DNA of 64,000 nucleotides from Histomonas meleagridis 2922-C6/04-290x (lineage: Eukaryota; Protista; Parabasalia): assembly GCA_020184695.1 (NCBI GenBank), contig JAANOX010000150.1, positions 62,001-126,000 on the forward strand. The letters are read 5' to 3'. The position numbers were made by a program, and so were the translations under genes. The notes beneath the pieces were generated by a model. It made no database searches. It was given only the letters and a program-made list of their open reading frames with translations, and was not told the origin of the DNA. Below, in pieces: positions 54,949 to 64,000 of this stretch. Positions within the stretch are counted from its first letter, which is position 1, and each line of letters starts with the position of its first letter.

Positions 54949-55902
54949 TTAAAATTGTTCCGATAATTCATTATCTAATACGCTCCTATAAGTATTCGAT
55001 AATGGCACAAGCATGAAGTCCGTAATAGTCACAAATCCAAGTGGCAAACATTGTCCGAATAAGTCTTTGAGCAAATATACAATTAAATATCCCGCGCTAC
55101 ATTCTGAGTATTTTCCTGTTTCGACAAAAATTCGATAAAATAATCTTGTGATGACTCTAACTGTGTACCCGCAGCAAACTGTGATGCTCATACTGTATAT
55201 AAGTTGCTCTTGTGTGCCTGAACATAATTTACATGAGATGCCGAGACCTCGACCAATGTAAATGGAAAAGACTAGAAAGAGAACAGTCGATAAAGAGTCA
55301 CGAACCATTGCGTTAACTCCTTCAGCTCTATCATAGAATTGAAATTTTTCATCATCATCAGTAGAGAGAATACGAAGAAGAATAAATGTGAAAGAGAGTG
55401 ACGCAAAAACTACAACAAAAATAATAATAAGAATCTTAACATAATTAAAAATTTTTTCTTTTGTACCTCCAATATATTTTCCATAGATACCACACCAATT
55501 ATGAAGAATAACAAGATAACATATACTAGCAATGGAACCTGGTACAAAGAGAACAATAGATTTCCATGCGCCTACATCTTTTCCGTAATTATAACTATAT
55601 GCATGTATAGATAGAAGAGTAGCTTTGACAAAGAGTGTGAATGAAAAGAAAAAGCGGAAAAACAAGGCTGAAAACTTTGGTCCTTCTGTTATTTTGCAAA
55701 CTCGGATTATCGTAGTGATACTTATCAGAAAGCAGACATAGAAAAAAACGCTGTATACAGAAAGGGTCACAACATAAGCCATTTTTGGTTCTCCTTCACT
55801 ACAGATAAATGCATTACGCGACACGTTGGCCTCTTCAAGGAGCATTTGTTGCACAAACGGTCGCAAATGCAGAACCCTAAATCTCCAAACATTCATCTTC
55901 AA
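54949..55902 (-). CDS. Seven-transmembrane protein (TOM1/THH1/GPR137-like)
   Basis: About seven hydrophobic segments; start may be a downstream ATG (e.g. 55782). Confidence 0.7.
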   Translation of the reverse strand: MKMNVWRFRVLHLRPFVQQMLLEEANVSRNAFICSEGEPKMAYVVTLSVYSVFFYVCFLISITTIIRVCKITEGPKFSALFFRFFFSFTLFVKATLLSIHAYSYNYGKDVGAWKSIVLFVPGSIASICYLVILHNWCGIYGKYIGGTKEKIFNYVKILIIIFVVVFASLSFTFILLRILSTDDDEKFQFYDRAEGVNAMVRDSLSTVLFLVFSIYIGRGLGISCKLCSGTQEQLIYSMSITVCCGYTVRVITRLFYRIFVETGKYSECSAGYLIVYLLKDLFGQCLPLGFVTITDFMLVPLSNTYRSVLDNELSEQF

Positions 55903-56189
55903 TAAATGTATTTTAGTGGAAATAAATAAGAGGAGCTTATGGTGAAGTCTAAATTTAGTTTCTTTTTAGTTAGAATTTTTTTAAATTTTTGTGAAATTTA
56001 ATTATTTGATTAAAAATGATACTCTAAATACAACTATCTTTTGTGTAATGCATATGTTACATTGAACAAATGTTACATATTTCATTTGCTATTTAGCTTT
56101 AACTTTATTCTTTGCTGTCATAATAATTAAAACAAAAGATAAAATATATTTCAATGTATTACAAAAAGTGTAAAATCACATCAAAATTT

Positions 56190-56540
56190 ATGTCTAAATC
56201 AAAGAGTTCCACGTCAAAAGATTTCACATCTAAGAAGAATCGCCCGGAACTAGACATGGATCTTGATGAAATTGCAGAAGCACAATATTGGGCGTCAAGG
56301 AAGGAAAGATCTCGTCACAAAGCACATAAGTCTGAACATAGCCGTAGTCATAGAAAGGAAGAGAAAAGAACAAAGAAGAAGGAGGAAAAGAAAGAAAAAT
56401 CCAAAAAAAGTCATACAAAGACCTATGACATTAAGATCTCAGAATCAGCATTACGAAGCATCCTTACACAAGCAGGTCTCGACACCAAAAAATATAATGT
56501 TCGTCTTGTAGCAGAGAAGAAATCACATCACAAATCATAA
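56190..56540 (+). CDS. Small Lys/Ser-rich hypothetical protein
   Basis: ATG-initiated ORF; start may be 56154. Confidence 0.6.
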   Translation: MSKSKSSTSKDFTSKKNRPELDMDLDEIAEAQYWASRKERSRHKAHKSEHSRSHRKEEKRTKKKEEKKEKSKKSHTKTYDIKISESALRSILTQAGLDTKKYNVRLVAEKKSHHKS

Positions 56541-56585
56541 AATATCATTTTTTTAATTATTTCATCATTTCAAAAAAATGCTTGT

Positions 56586-58160
56586 TTATTGAAATATGTT
56601 CACTCCGATGTTTGCACAGTACTCTTTCATGTTCTCCAAGTTCTTCTGCTCTGTCACGACAGGTATAACATCTGTTTTTCCTTCGGAGCTCAATTTTTCA
56701 AACATTTCGAACTCCTCTAAATGATCATAAACAAAGCCAATAAGCCTTGGAATGGGCTTTGCCTTTGGCTTTGGCATCCATCTTAAGTACTTAGAGAGTG
56801 CGTAAGCTGCTTCTTGCATGACGAACTCATTTTCGGAAGATTCGGCTTGTGAATGAATGTTACGGATTTGTTTATCAGTAACAAACTGTTGAACTCGTGC
56901 AGGAGAATGTGAAACAAGATCAGCAGTGATGTGAAGTGAAATCGCAAATGCATTTGGAAGAATCTTGAAACTTTCTTCTTCGGGTATGCTGATGGCAAAT
57001 AGCTCTGGAACAAAGTTAGTTGAGCTGAAGACTTGCCTAATGTCGGTGTTATGCGATTGAAAACAATATAATGGAAGATTTGAATTGGAATTTGAAAAAA
57101 TAAGATTCTTGAAAATCTCAGCTTCCATGACATTGGAGCCTTCAAATATCTTAAGGAATAGATACGTGTTGGACCAGATGGAGAAATAAAGAATATCTCG
57201 TTCATTGGAAGAATCAAAAATTTGAATTCCTTTTGATTGCATTGATTCATTAAGTGACGAGAAACATAGATCAATGGATACATTGGAATTTAGAAAACGT
57301 GATGACTTTTGACATAAACTTGTAATTTGCTTAACAAAATTTGGAAGAAGCGATGCGATAGAAATGAATACTTTATGAAAAGTGGCGTTTTTAGGCTGTT
57401 TATCAAATTCACCAGTTGTTAGATAACGAAGAATGTCTGGTTGGTGTGTGTTTTCTTTAATAATTTGTTCACCAACTGCAAAGGAACTAGGGATTTCATT
57501 GCTTAATAAAAATTGAAATGTTATTGGATTGTTAAAAGATGATGAGATAACAGGATTTTGAGCAAATGAATAATTTAACTGGGGTTCATTGACTTTCCCT
57601 AACAATTTGGAAAGAATAAGGTTAGTCAATATTAAAAGTTTCTTGGCTAATGTTCCAGAAGACAAAATGAAAGATTCTATTGTTAATTTTAATAGATCAA
57701 TAAGCGAACTTTCTGTAAGTGCCATTGAATCCATGTTAAGTGATATTAAGTTTATAAGAAAAGCACTTGCTTGTGGAGATAAATTTGGTTTAACCCAAGA
57801 AAGTAAGGTAGATGGAAGCTTTGATTCCTTGAAAATCTCTAAGCCATCTTTTCCTTTAAAAAGAAACATTGCATTTAATAATTCTAAAGAATTGAAAAAT
57901 GAATCTTTATCTTCAACATTTGTTTTTTCAATTGTTGAATTCACTAACTCAACCGAAACCTCGGGTTTTGGGTGTTTTGTGCGCAAAAGATTCGTTTCTG
58001 TGAAAGAATATAATAAATTTTCAAAAGTTGGGAAAGAAAAAGAATCATATATAATATCGCCAACTGTTTTGGATCTTGAATATTCTGGAATGTCAACTGG
58101 GACTTTTTGAACGACTGGTGTAAATGAATTAGACTGGTTTTCTTCTCTTCTCTCGAACAT
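56586..58160 (-). CDS. Hypothetical helical-repeat protein
   Basis: 524-aa ORF; no family recognised. Confidence 0.75.
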   Translation of the reverse strand: MFERREENQSNSFTPVVQKVPVDIPEYSRSKTVGDIIYDSFSFPTFENLLYSFTETNLLRTKHPKPEVSVELVNSTIEKTNVEDKDSFFNSLELLNAMFLFKGKDGLEIFKESKLPSTLLSWVKPNLSPQASAFLINLISLNMDSMALTESSLIDLLKLTIESFILSSGTLAKKLLILTNLILSKLLGKVNEPQLNYSFAQNPVISSSFNNPITFQFLLSNEIPSSFAVGEQIIKENTHQPDILRYLTTGEFDKQPKNATFHKVFISIASLLPNFVKQITSLCQKSSRFLNSNVSIDLCFSSLNESMQSKGIQIFDSSNERDILYFSIWSNTYLFLKIFEGSNVMEAEIFKNLIFSNSNSNLPLYCFQSHNTDIRQVFSSTNFVPELFAISIPEEESFKILPNAFAISLHITADLVSHSPARVQQFVTDKQIRNIHSQAESSENEFVMQEAAYALSKYLRWMPKPKAKPIPRLIGFVYDHLEEFEMFEKLSSEGKTDVIPVVTEQKNLENMKEYCANIGVNIFQ

Positions 58161-58291
58161 TTCTTTCTTTATTCGGATGTAAACTTGTGAAAATCAGAAT
58201 AAATAAAGTTATCAAAAATAAACGTTTATTGGCGCCCTATTGCGAAAACCGTTTTTTGAATGGAAATGGAGGTTTAAATCCAAACGGAAAA

Positions 58292-58714
58292 ATGTTTTTT
58301 TTGGTTTTGTCTCTGTTGGTCAATTGCGGAGAAGACAACCTCGAAGAGTTGACATTCCAAGATGCATCTTTAAAGGTAAAAGGATCTATCAAATTAACAT
58401 TTTTAAGAGCTTATGGTGGCTTAAAGAAAGCATTTGGTCCAATCATTAATCCTCTTTCAAAAATCTTTGCACGTGTTTTTGAAGCAGTCAAGAGAGCTTT
58501 TTGGGAAATTTATACAGTTATTTGTCAATCATTTACAAATTGGTTCCACATCATTGCACGAAACTCAAAGAAACTTTCAAACAAAATACATAGATTTCAA
58601 TTCTTACAACAAGAACCTAAGGAACCGCCAAAGAGAACCGATCAGCAGGCATTAAATGAGTTCTACGTAAGAGATATAGAACAAACAGAAAAAGATGTAA
58701 ATGAAGATGAATAA
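58292..58714 (+). CDS. Hypothetical secreted protein
   Basis: Signal-like MFFLVLSLLVNC; amphipathic central helices. Confidence 0.6.
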   Translation: MFFLVLSLLVNCGEDNLEELTFQDASLKVKGSIKLTFLRAYGGLKKAFGPIINPLSKIFARVFEAVKRAFWEIYTVICQSFTNWFHIIARNSKKLSNKIHRFQFLQQEPKEPPKRTDQQALNEFYVRDIEQTEKDVNEDE

Positions 58715-59173
58715 ATGAATAATTGCTCTTAAAATTTGTGACAATATCAAATTTTTGATACTTCTTTTACAAACCTTCAAAAATGACTTGCATTAATATA
58801 TAAATGACAAGAAAATTTTGCTTCAAATGAAAGCGAGTTTCCAGATAACCAGACCTATGACCATGAAAACGAACTTTAAACTCAATAAAATAATGAAATT
58901 ATTTTTCGTTTAAAATTTTATTAAAGATGTTTTAGTATTTAGGAATGAGATGTGATAGGCTGCATCAGTTTAAATGTTATTTAAGCAAAAAATTAATTTA
59001 AACAATTTATGGGATTGCGATAATTATCAATTAATTAAAATTTAAAAATAATTTAAATTGACCTACAAAATAAAAATATATTGTGGAAATGATACTATGC
59101 TTCTTTTTAATAATTATAAAAAGATCTGAAGGAAATGTTTTTCCTTGTTAAGAAATTTCCAAAAAAAAGTTTA

Positions 59174-59201
59174 AGCGGTTTTGACGGTTTGGTCTGCCTT
59201 T
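59174..59201 (+). promoter_or_regulatory. Ribosomal-protein upstream region: two RCGGTT (M3/Myb-like) sites plus TTTGGTCTGCCTTT
   Basis: AGCGGTT (59174-59180), GACGGTT (59183-59189), CCTTT ending 3 nt before the ATG. Confidence 0.65.
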
Positions 59202-59204
59202 CGA

Positions 59205-59597
59205 ATGGTTAGGACTTCAGTCCTTGCAGATGCTCTCAAAGCAATCACAAATGCAGAACGTCAAGGTAAGCGTCAAGTTCTCGTTCGCCCTTGCAGCAAA
59301 GTTATCATTCAATTCTTAAAGGTTATGATGAAACGCGGTTATATTGGAGAATTCGAAGTCATTGATGACCACCGTTCTGGTAAAATCATCATCAACCTTC
59401 TTGGAAGACTCAACAAATGTGTCGCTATTTGCCCTCGTTTCGATGTTCAACTTACTGAATTAGAAAATTGGCAATCAAAACTTCTTCCATCACGTCAATT
59501 TGGTTATGTTGTTTTGACAACATCCCATGGAATTCTTGATCATGAAGAAGCTCGTAAGAAGAATGCTGGCGGAAAGATCCTTGGAATGTTCTTTTAA
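59205..59597 (+). CDS. RPS15A: 40S ribosomal protein S15a
   Basis: [29 protein letters not shown]...DDHRSGKI...GGKILGMFF. Confidence 0.97.
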   Translation: MVRTSVLADALKAITNAERQGKRQVLVRPCSKVIIQFLKVMMKRGYIGEFEVIDDHRSGKIIINLLGRLNKCVAICPRFDVQLTELENWQSKLLPSRQFGYVVLTTSHGILDHEEARKKNAGGKILGMFF

Positions 59598-59734
59598 ATG
59601 AACAAGTTTTATTAATCTTTTTTGTAACTTTAATGTGTTTTCATTTTTTTCGCTTTGATATAATAATATCTCCTTCTATATCTTAAACGTAAACAACTTG
59701 AGACATTAAATAGAAGATGACCGTTTATTAACAT

Positions 59735-60676
59735 ATGATATCCCCACTTCAATTTATCTACATTAATGACGACAGAAAGACATTCACAGTTATATTGCCA
59801 TCCGAATTTTTTGTTTATGAAACCAGTCCATTTAATGTGGTTTTTCATCGAGAAAACTTCGGGATGTGCTTACGATTCGGAGTAACTTGCTGTGGATATA
59901 GATACTTAGCTTTTTCTGGACTTCCAGCAGACCCAGAATTTGATACAAGACATGTTTGTATAATGGACAATACTTTATCTGAACCAATTATTTTTCAACA
60001 TAAATGTGAAGAACATATTCTTTCTATGCGAGTTACTCCAGATTACCTCCTTTTGGCATTTCATCAACATGTTGAGTTATGGGATATTTCAGGGAAACAA
60101 CTTATCAAATCTTTTTCAACAGGTCTCAATATCCATGCACCATGTGATATCACAAACGATTTCACAGTTATGGCATTTGCTGGTGAAGATCCAATGAATA
60201 TCAGAGCATTTTTTGTATCAGAACAAAAGATGACTGAATTCAAAGCTGCTGATGACACAGTTTCTCTAATGAAATTCTCGCCAACAGGTACTTACTTAGC
60301 TACAACGAGTACAGATGGGAAAATAGTTCAAGTTTTTGATACAAAAAATCACATATGTATAGGGAAATTCAAAAGAGGCCATATGTCTTCTGTTATTCAC
60401 TCTATTGATTTCTCACCAAATGGTGACTTCATGGCTATAATATCACAGAATGGAACATTACATTTCTTTGATTTACGTATTCGGAAATCATCTACTATCA
60501 GTGCTTTTCATAGAATAACAATTGGAGCGTTAGTTCTCTCTCAAATTTCATGGTATTCTCCATCACAAATAGCAGTTATGACAATGAAAGGAGAAATGAT
60601 TAACATTGCCATTGACCCAGAAACTTGCCATGAAGTTGGTCGCGAGCAGAAAGTTTTTTATAAATCGTTTTTCTAA
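59735..60676 (+). CDS. ATG18: Atg18/WIPI-family WD40 (PROPPIN) protein
   Basis: LATTSTDGKIVQVF...FKRG (FRRG-like) ...FSPNG...SQNGTLHFF. Confidence 0.8.
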   Translation: MISPLQFIYINDDRKTFTVILPSEFFVYETSPFNVVFHRENFGMCLRFGVTCCGYRYLAFSGLPADPEFDTRHVCIMDNTLSEPIIFQHKCEEHILSMRVTPDYLLLAFHQHVELWDISGKQLIKSFSTGLNIHAPCDITNDFTVMAFAGEDPMNIRAFFVSEQKMTEFKAADDTVSLMKFSPTGTYLATTSTDGKIVQVFDTKNHICIGKFKRGHMSSVIHSIDFSPNGDFMAIISQNGTLHFFDLRIRKSSTISAFHRITIGALVLSQISWYSPSQIAVMTMKGEMINIAIDPETCHEVGREQKVFYKSFF

Positions 60677-60817
60677 TACAAATATTTGCCCATTACGGTG
60701 TTACAGAAGAATTTCATGATAAACAAAATTTTCATAGTTTAAACGGTCTTTTCTTTGAATGGTTTATTGTTTACTTCATTGATTGATGTGCTAATTAATT
60801 TTTAAGATGTAAAGGGA

Positions 60818-61879
60818 TTACTCAATCTCGTCGTTGATTTCGGCGAGGTAATCGAGATATATGCAGATGAAACGAGCGACAAATGCTTCTAAATGGAAAA
60901 TTGGTTTTGTTCCATTTTGCATTCTGGACTCATATTCTGCAGCAGCTCTTGTTATTGGTTCGATTAGTTGTTGATCAACCTTTGTAAGTAATGTGTGAAC
61001 AATTCTCTTGAAGATTTCTGTTGGTGGAATACAATGAACAAGTAATTCATATAGATGATTTCTAATCTTTTTCATTGTCTCTGGGACTAATTGCTCTTCA
61101 AGAAGGATCTTACAAAACTCATCGGTGTACCTTTCCCATTCAGGAATTACTGAATTTAATGTTGAACCATTTGATCTTGTTGTTGACAACATTTCAAGAA
61201 GAATTATTGCTCTTCGTAAGTTTCCGTTTGACTCTTCCGTAATATTTTGTAATGCTGCATCATCAACAGCATAATTTTCTGCAGCAGCAATCGCTTTAAG
61301 TGTATCAAATATAGCGGGTTTTGGAACAAGAGGAGTTCGAATAATCAAACAACGGGAGCGTACTGGCTCAATGATTTGTGATAAGGAATCACAAATTAAT
61401 ATTAGACGACATGTTTTAGCATATTTTTCCATAGTCCTTCTAAGCGCTTGTTGTGCTAAACGAGAGAGTCTATTGGCTTCGTTGATAACAACAACTTTGA
61501 TGCTGATATCTCCGACAGTTTGAGAAGCAGCTAATTCCTTCAAAAAGAAGGAAATAACATGTCTGTCATTGTTACCTGCGTCTGCTGGCGTTATCTCTAC
61601 ATGGAATGGTGAAGAAGAGACTTGAACTTCAATTTTCTTATCGCCTGCTTCAATTACTCTGTATTCTGTTCTCATCTTATTGACTTCAATTGGATGATTG
61701 AAGAGCTTTCGAAGAAATGCCATCACTCTTGTCTTTTTGCCTGATCCGTTAGGCCCACAAAATAATAAGTGTGGGAATGATTGAGTTTGACTTATTTGAT
61801 CCAGAATTGCATTTGTTTCTGGGTGTATTGTAAGTTCGCTTAAGTTCTGCGGGCGGTGGCGATCGATCCAAAGAGACAT
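60818..61879 (-). CDS. RFC3: Replication factor C small subunit (human RFC3 / yeast Rfc5 type)
   Basis: MSLWIDRHRP, HLLFCGPNGSGKKTR, QQALRRTMEKY, PIFHLEAF. Confidence 0.92.
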   Translation of the reverse strand: MSLWIDRHRPQNLSELTIHPETNAILDQISQTQSFPHLLFCGPNGSGKKTRVMAFLRKLFNHPIEVNKMRTEYRVIEAGDKKIEVQVSSSPFHVEITPADAGNNDRHVISFFLKELAASQTVGDISIKVVVINEANRLSRLAQQALRRTMEKYAKTCRLILICDSLSQIIEPVRSRCLIIRTPLVPKPAIFDTLKAIAAAENYAVDDAALQNITEESNGNLRRAIILLEMLSTTRSNGSTLNSVIPEWERYTDEFCKILLEEQLVPETMKKIRNHLYELLVHCIPPTEIFKRIVHTLLTKVDQQLIEPITRAAAEYESRMQNGTKPIFHLEAFVARFICIYLDYLAEINDEIE

Positions 61880-62151
61880 GAAAATGATGTGAATTTACCC
61901 CTTTTAAAATTACCCTTTATTCATGTGTGAAGCAAAAAATGCAAACGTACAAATTCACATTTGTGAACCAACTATTATTCGAATAAAATATTAAAAATAA
62001 TCTTTTACAAGTTAATATGAAAAAATAGATTTAAACAATTAATTTCATGTTTAAAAATATATTTTTAATTTGAATTAAAATTCGAATTTTGATTTATTAT
62101 TATTATAATGTTAAAACAATGAAAACTGAAATTGCTTAAAATAAACATTAT

Positions 62152-62439
62152 TTACTTTTGTTCAAATACTGGAGTGAATCCAAATTTTTCTTGACAAAAA
62201 TCAGAAAAAATTTTGGCTGCAATAGTATTAGAAATATCATCTATTTTTTCTACCGGTGGTGGTTTTATAAGTTCTGGTTGTTGTACTTCAGTAGAAAATG
62301 ATGGTTTGAAATCTGCAAATGCTTCATCAATTCCAAAAGCATCAAGTTTTTGTTTCTGTATTGGCTGAGGAGGAGGAGGCGCATGTTGAACTGGATTTGA
62401 ATCCCATGAAACTTCAAAAGAAGGAACAAAATCAGCCAT
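62152..62439 (-). CDS. Small hypothetical protein
   Basis: 95-aa ATG ORF with Pro-rich and DFxF-like motifs. Confidence 0.5.
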   Translation of the reverse strand: MADFVPSFEVSWDSNPVQHAPPPPQPIQKQKLDAFGIDEAFADFKPSFSTEVQQPELIKPPPVEKIDDISNTIAAKIFSDFCQEKFGFTPVFEQK

Positions 62440-62546
62440 TTATGCAACGGTTAATTGGTATGCCCCAAATATTAAACGTTCTTTATGTTTACACCAAAAA
62501 AAAAAATGAAAGATTAATTACAATTTATTATTCTATATATAACAAT

Positions 62547-64000
62547 TTAATCATCATCTTCATCCAAATCGAATGGAATTGGAGGTCTTTTCTCATCTCT
62601 ATTCGGTTCATCATTATTATCATTTTGTGATAACACCATAATTGGTGAATTTATTGAAGGTGGAGATAAGAGTGTCATTGTTGGTGTCTTTGCAATCATT
62701 GACAACAACGGAGATCTAAATGGTGTTTTCTGTATATCAATTTCAGGTTGTGGTATTTCATTTTCTGGTGAACTTGTTAAACTAATTTCATTTTCTAGTT
62801 CTGTTGCTAAAATAGGCTCTTGTCTTCTTAACTCGTCCAACAACTTTGGATGTTTTTTACATAATGTTCTAAAGAAATTTCTTAAATCAGATTGTAATGG
62901 CGACTTATTTTCTCTTAAGAACCTATGCATTTGACTTAGAATAGGTAAAACTCTTTGAATTAAATGGCTATGAATTAAAGCCAAGTAAACTCTTCCTTGT
63001 TCAGCAACTTTTTCCTTTTGGGGATCATCCAAATTTGCTTCGGTCACGTTAACGGCCTCCATTTCATTTTCAATGTTTAGCATTGAGTCAAAAGTGTCAC
63101 TCAAAAGGACTTCACCGTCTTCGAGTTCTATGTTACCTTCTAAGAACTCATTTAATACCTTTACGCAAAGTTGTTGAAGTAATTCGAACAACACCGTATT
63201 ATCCATTCTTCTTATCATTATTAAATACGCATCACGTCTCATTTTTTTATCTTTAATTTGGAATTTTTTATGGAATTCTTTATCTTCACCAAGTAAAGAA
63301 GAATCCAAATTACCCGCAAAGTAATGTAATGTATCGATAAAATTCGATGAAAGTAGTTTAGGATCTTTCAACGATAACACATCAAGCAAACTACTTTGAG
63401 CAAATTTTCGTACATTTTCATCTTCATCAATTAATGAATAAACGAATCTAAAAAATATCAATGGTTTCATCTTAATAAAATCTTCCGAAATTAATCGTGT
63501 CAATATTAATAATGCTTGACGACGAACAATCGAAGATTTATCAGCAAAACATGCAGACATATCCATAATATAAGGGTCTACAGTTGCCGAATATTTAACG
63601 CATAAATCACATAACACAATTAAACAATTACATTTAACAGCTGGATCATTTGTATGATGTAATTGATGTGCAAATGCTGCTACAAATGACGAAGAAATAT
63701 CTCTTCGACATAAACATAACTTACCAAGTGATATCGTAGTATTAGAACGTACTTGCGAAGGGATATGAATTTCATTTGGAAGTTTTTCAGAGATTAACAA
63801 TTGTAAACCAGTGAAATCATAGTCGCCTAAAGCTTTAACATATGAAACTAATTCGCCTAATAAAAATATCGTTGGTATTAAATCCCTAAGAGTTTTCCGT
63901 GTAATGTTTTGATCACTTGCAACAGAATTTATTCTATTATTAGACATATTTAAAAGGTTAACAAAATCTTTTTGTGATGACTTCTTTTGTGTCGATATTT
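62547..64000 (-). CDS. Condensin non-SMC HEAT subunit (Cnd1 domain, CAP-D3-like), 5' partial
   Basis: SLGKLCL, CNCLIVLCDLCVKYS..VDPY, VRRQALLILTRLISEDFIK; frame is open to the window edge. Confidence 0.85.
   Translation of the reverse strand, partial: ISTQKKSSQKDFVNLLNMSNNRINSVASDQNITRKTLRDLIPTIFLLGELVSYVKALGDYDFTGLQLLISEKLPNEIHIPSQVRSNTTISLGKLCLCRRDISSSFVAAFAHQLHHTNDPAVKCNCLIVLCDLCVKYSATVDPYIMDMSACFADKSSIVRRQALLILTRLISEDFIKMKPLIFFRFVYSLIDEDENVRKFAQSSLLDVLSLKDPKLLSSNFIDTLHYFAGNLDSSLLGEDKEFHKKFQIKDKKMRRDAYLIMIRRMDNTVLFELLQQLCVKVLNEFLEGNIELEDGEVLLSDTFDSMLNIENEMEAVNVTEANLDDPQKEKVAEQGRVYLALIHSHLIQRVLPILSQMHRFLRENKSPLQSDLRNFFRTLCKKHPKLLDELRRQEPILATELENEISLTSSPENEIPQPEIDIQKTPFRSPLLSMIAKTPTMTLLSPPSINSPIMVLSQNDNNDEPNRDEKRPPIPFDLDEDDD

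Noticed and set aside
394-62630. Numerous short antisense or alternate-frame ORFs in the track (e.g. 18048-18404, 31001-31375, 57589-58110)
   Set aside because: Shadows of well-supported genes on the other strand or frame

Overview
AT-rich, gene-dense eukaryotic DNA, most likely from a parabasalid (trichomonad-type) protist. This is inferred from DUF3447-type ankyrin genes, a Pmp-like surface protein, legumain, several TKL/NEK kinases, TCAYT initiator-like and CCTTT upstream motifs, and almost no introns. The window holds about 35 intact genes (E2F, Hsp110, RPL26, RPS15A, Arp3, G-alpha, IRE1, RFC, Atg18, condensin subunit, PARP6/8-like and others), a decayed P-element-like transposase, and many pseudogene relics. 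The standout feature is two ankyrin-repeat arrays (1077-2269 minus, 7120-7959 plus). In them, intact, mostly 90-nt repeat units are separated at the same codon position by T-rich spacers of quantised length (mostly 60-63 or 80-81 nt). The spacers carry an 8-nt motif on a 20-nt period, have no consistent GT-AG ends, and 10 of 12 break translation. Decayed or solo copies of the same cassette occur elsewhere in the window. This suggests an uncharacterised processing or cassette system; the mechanism is inference only. All family assignments are from motif recognition by eye; no searches were run.
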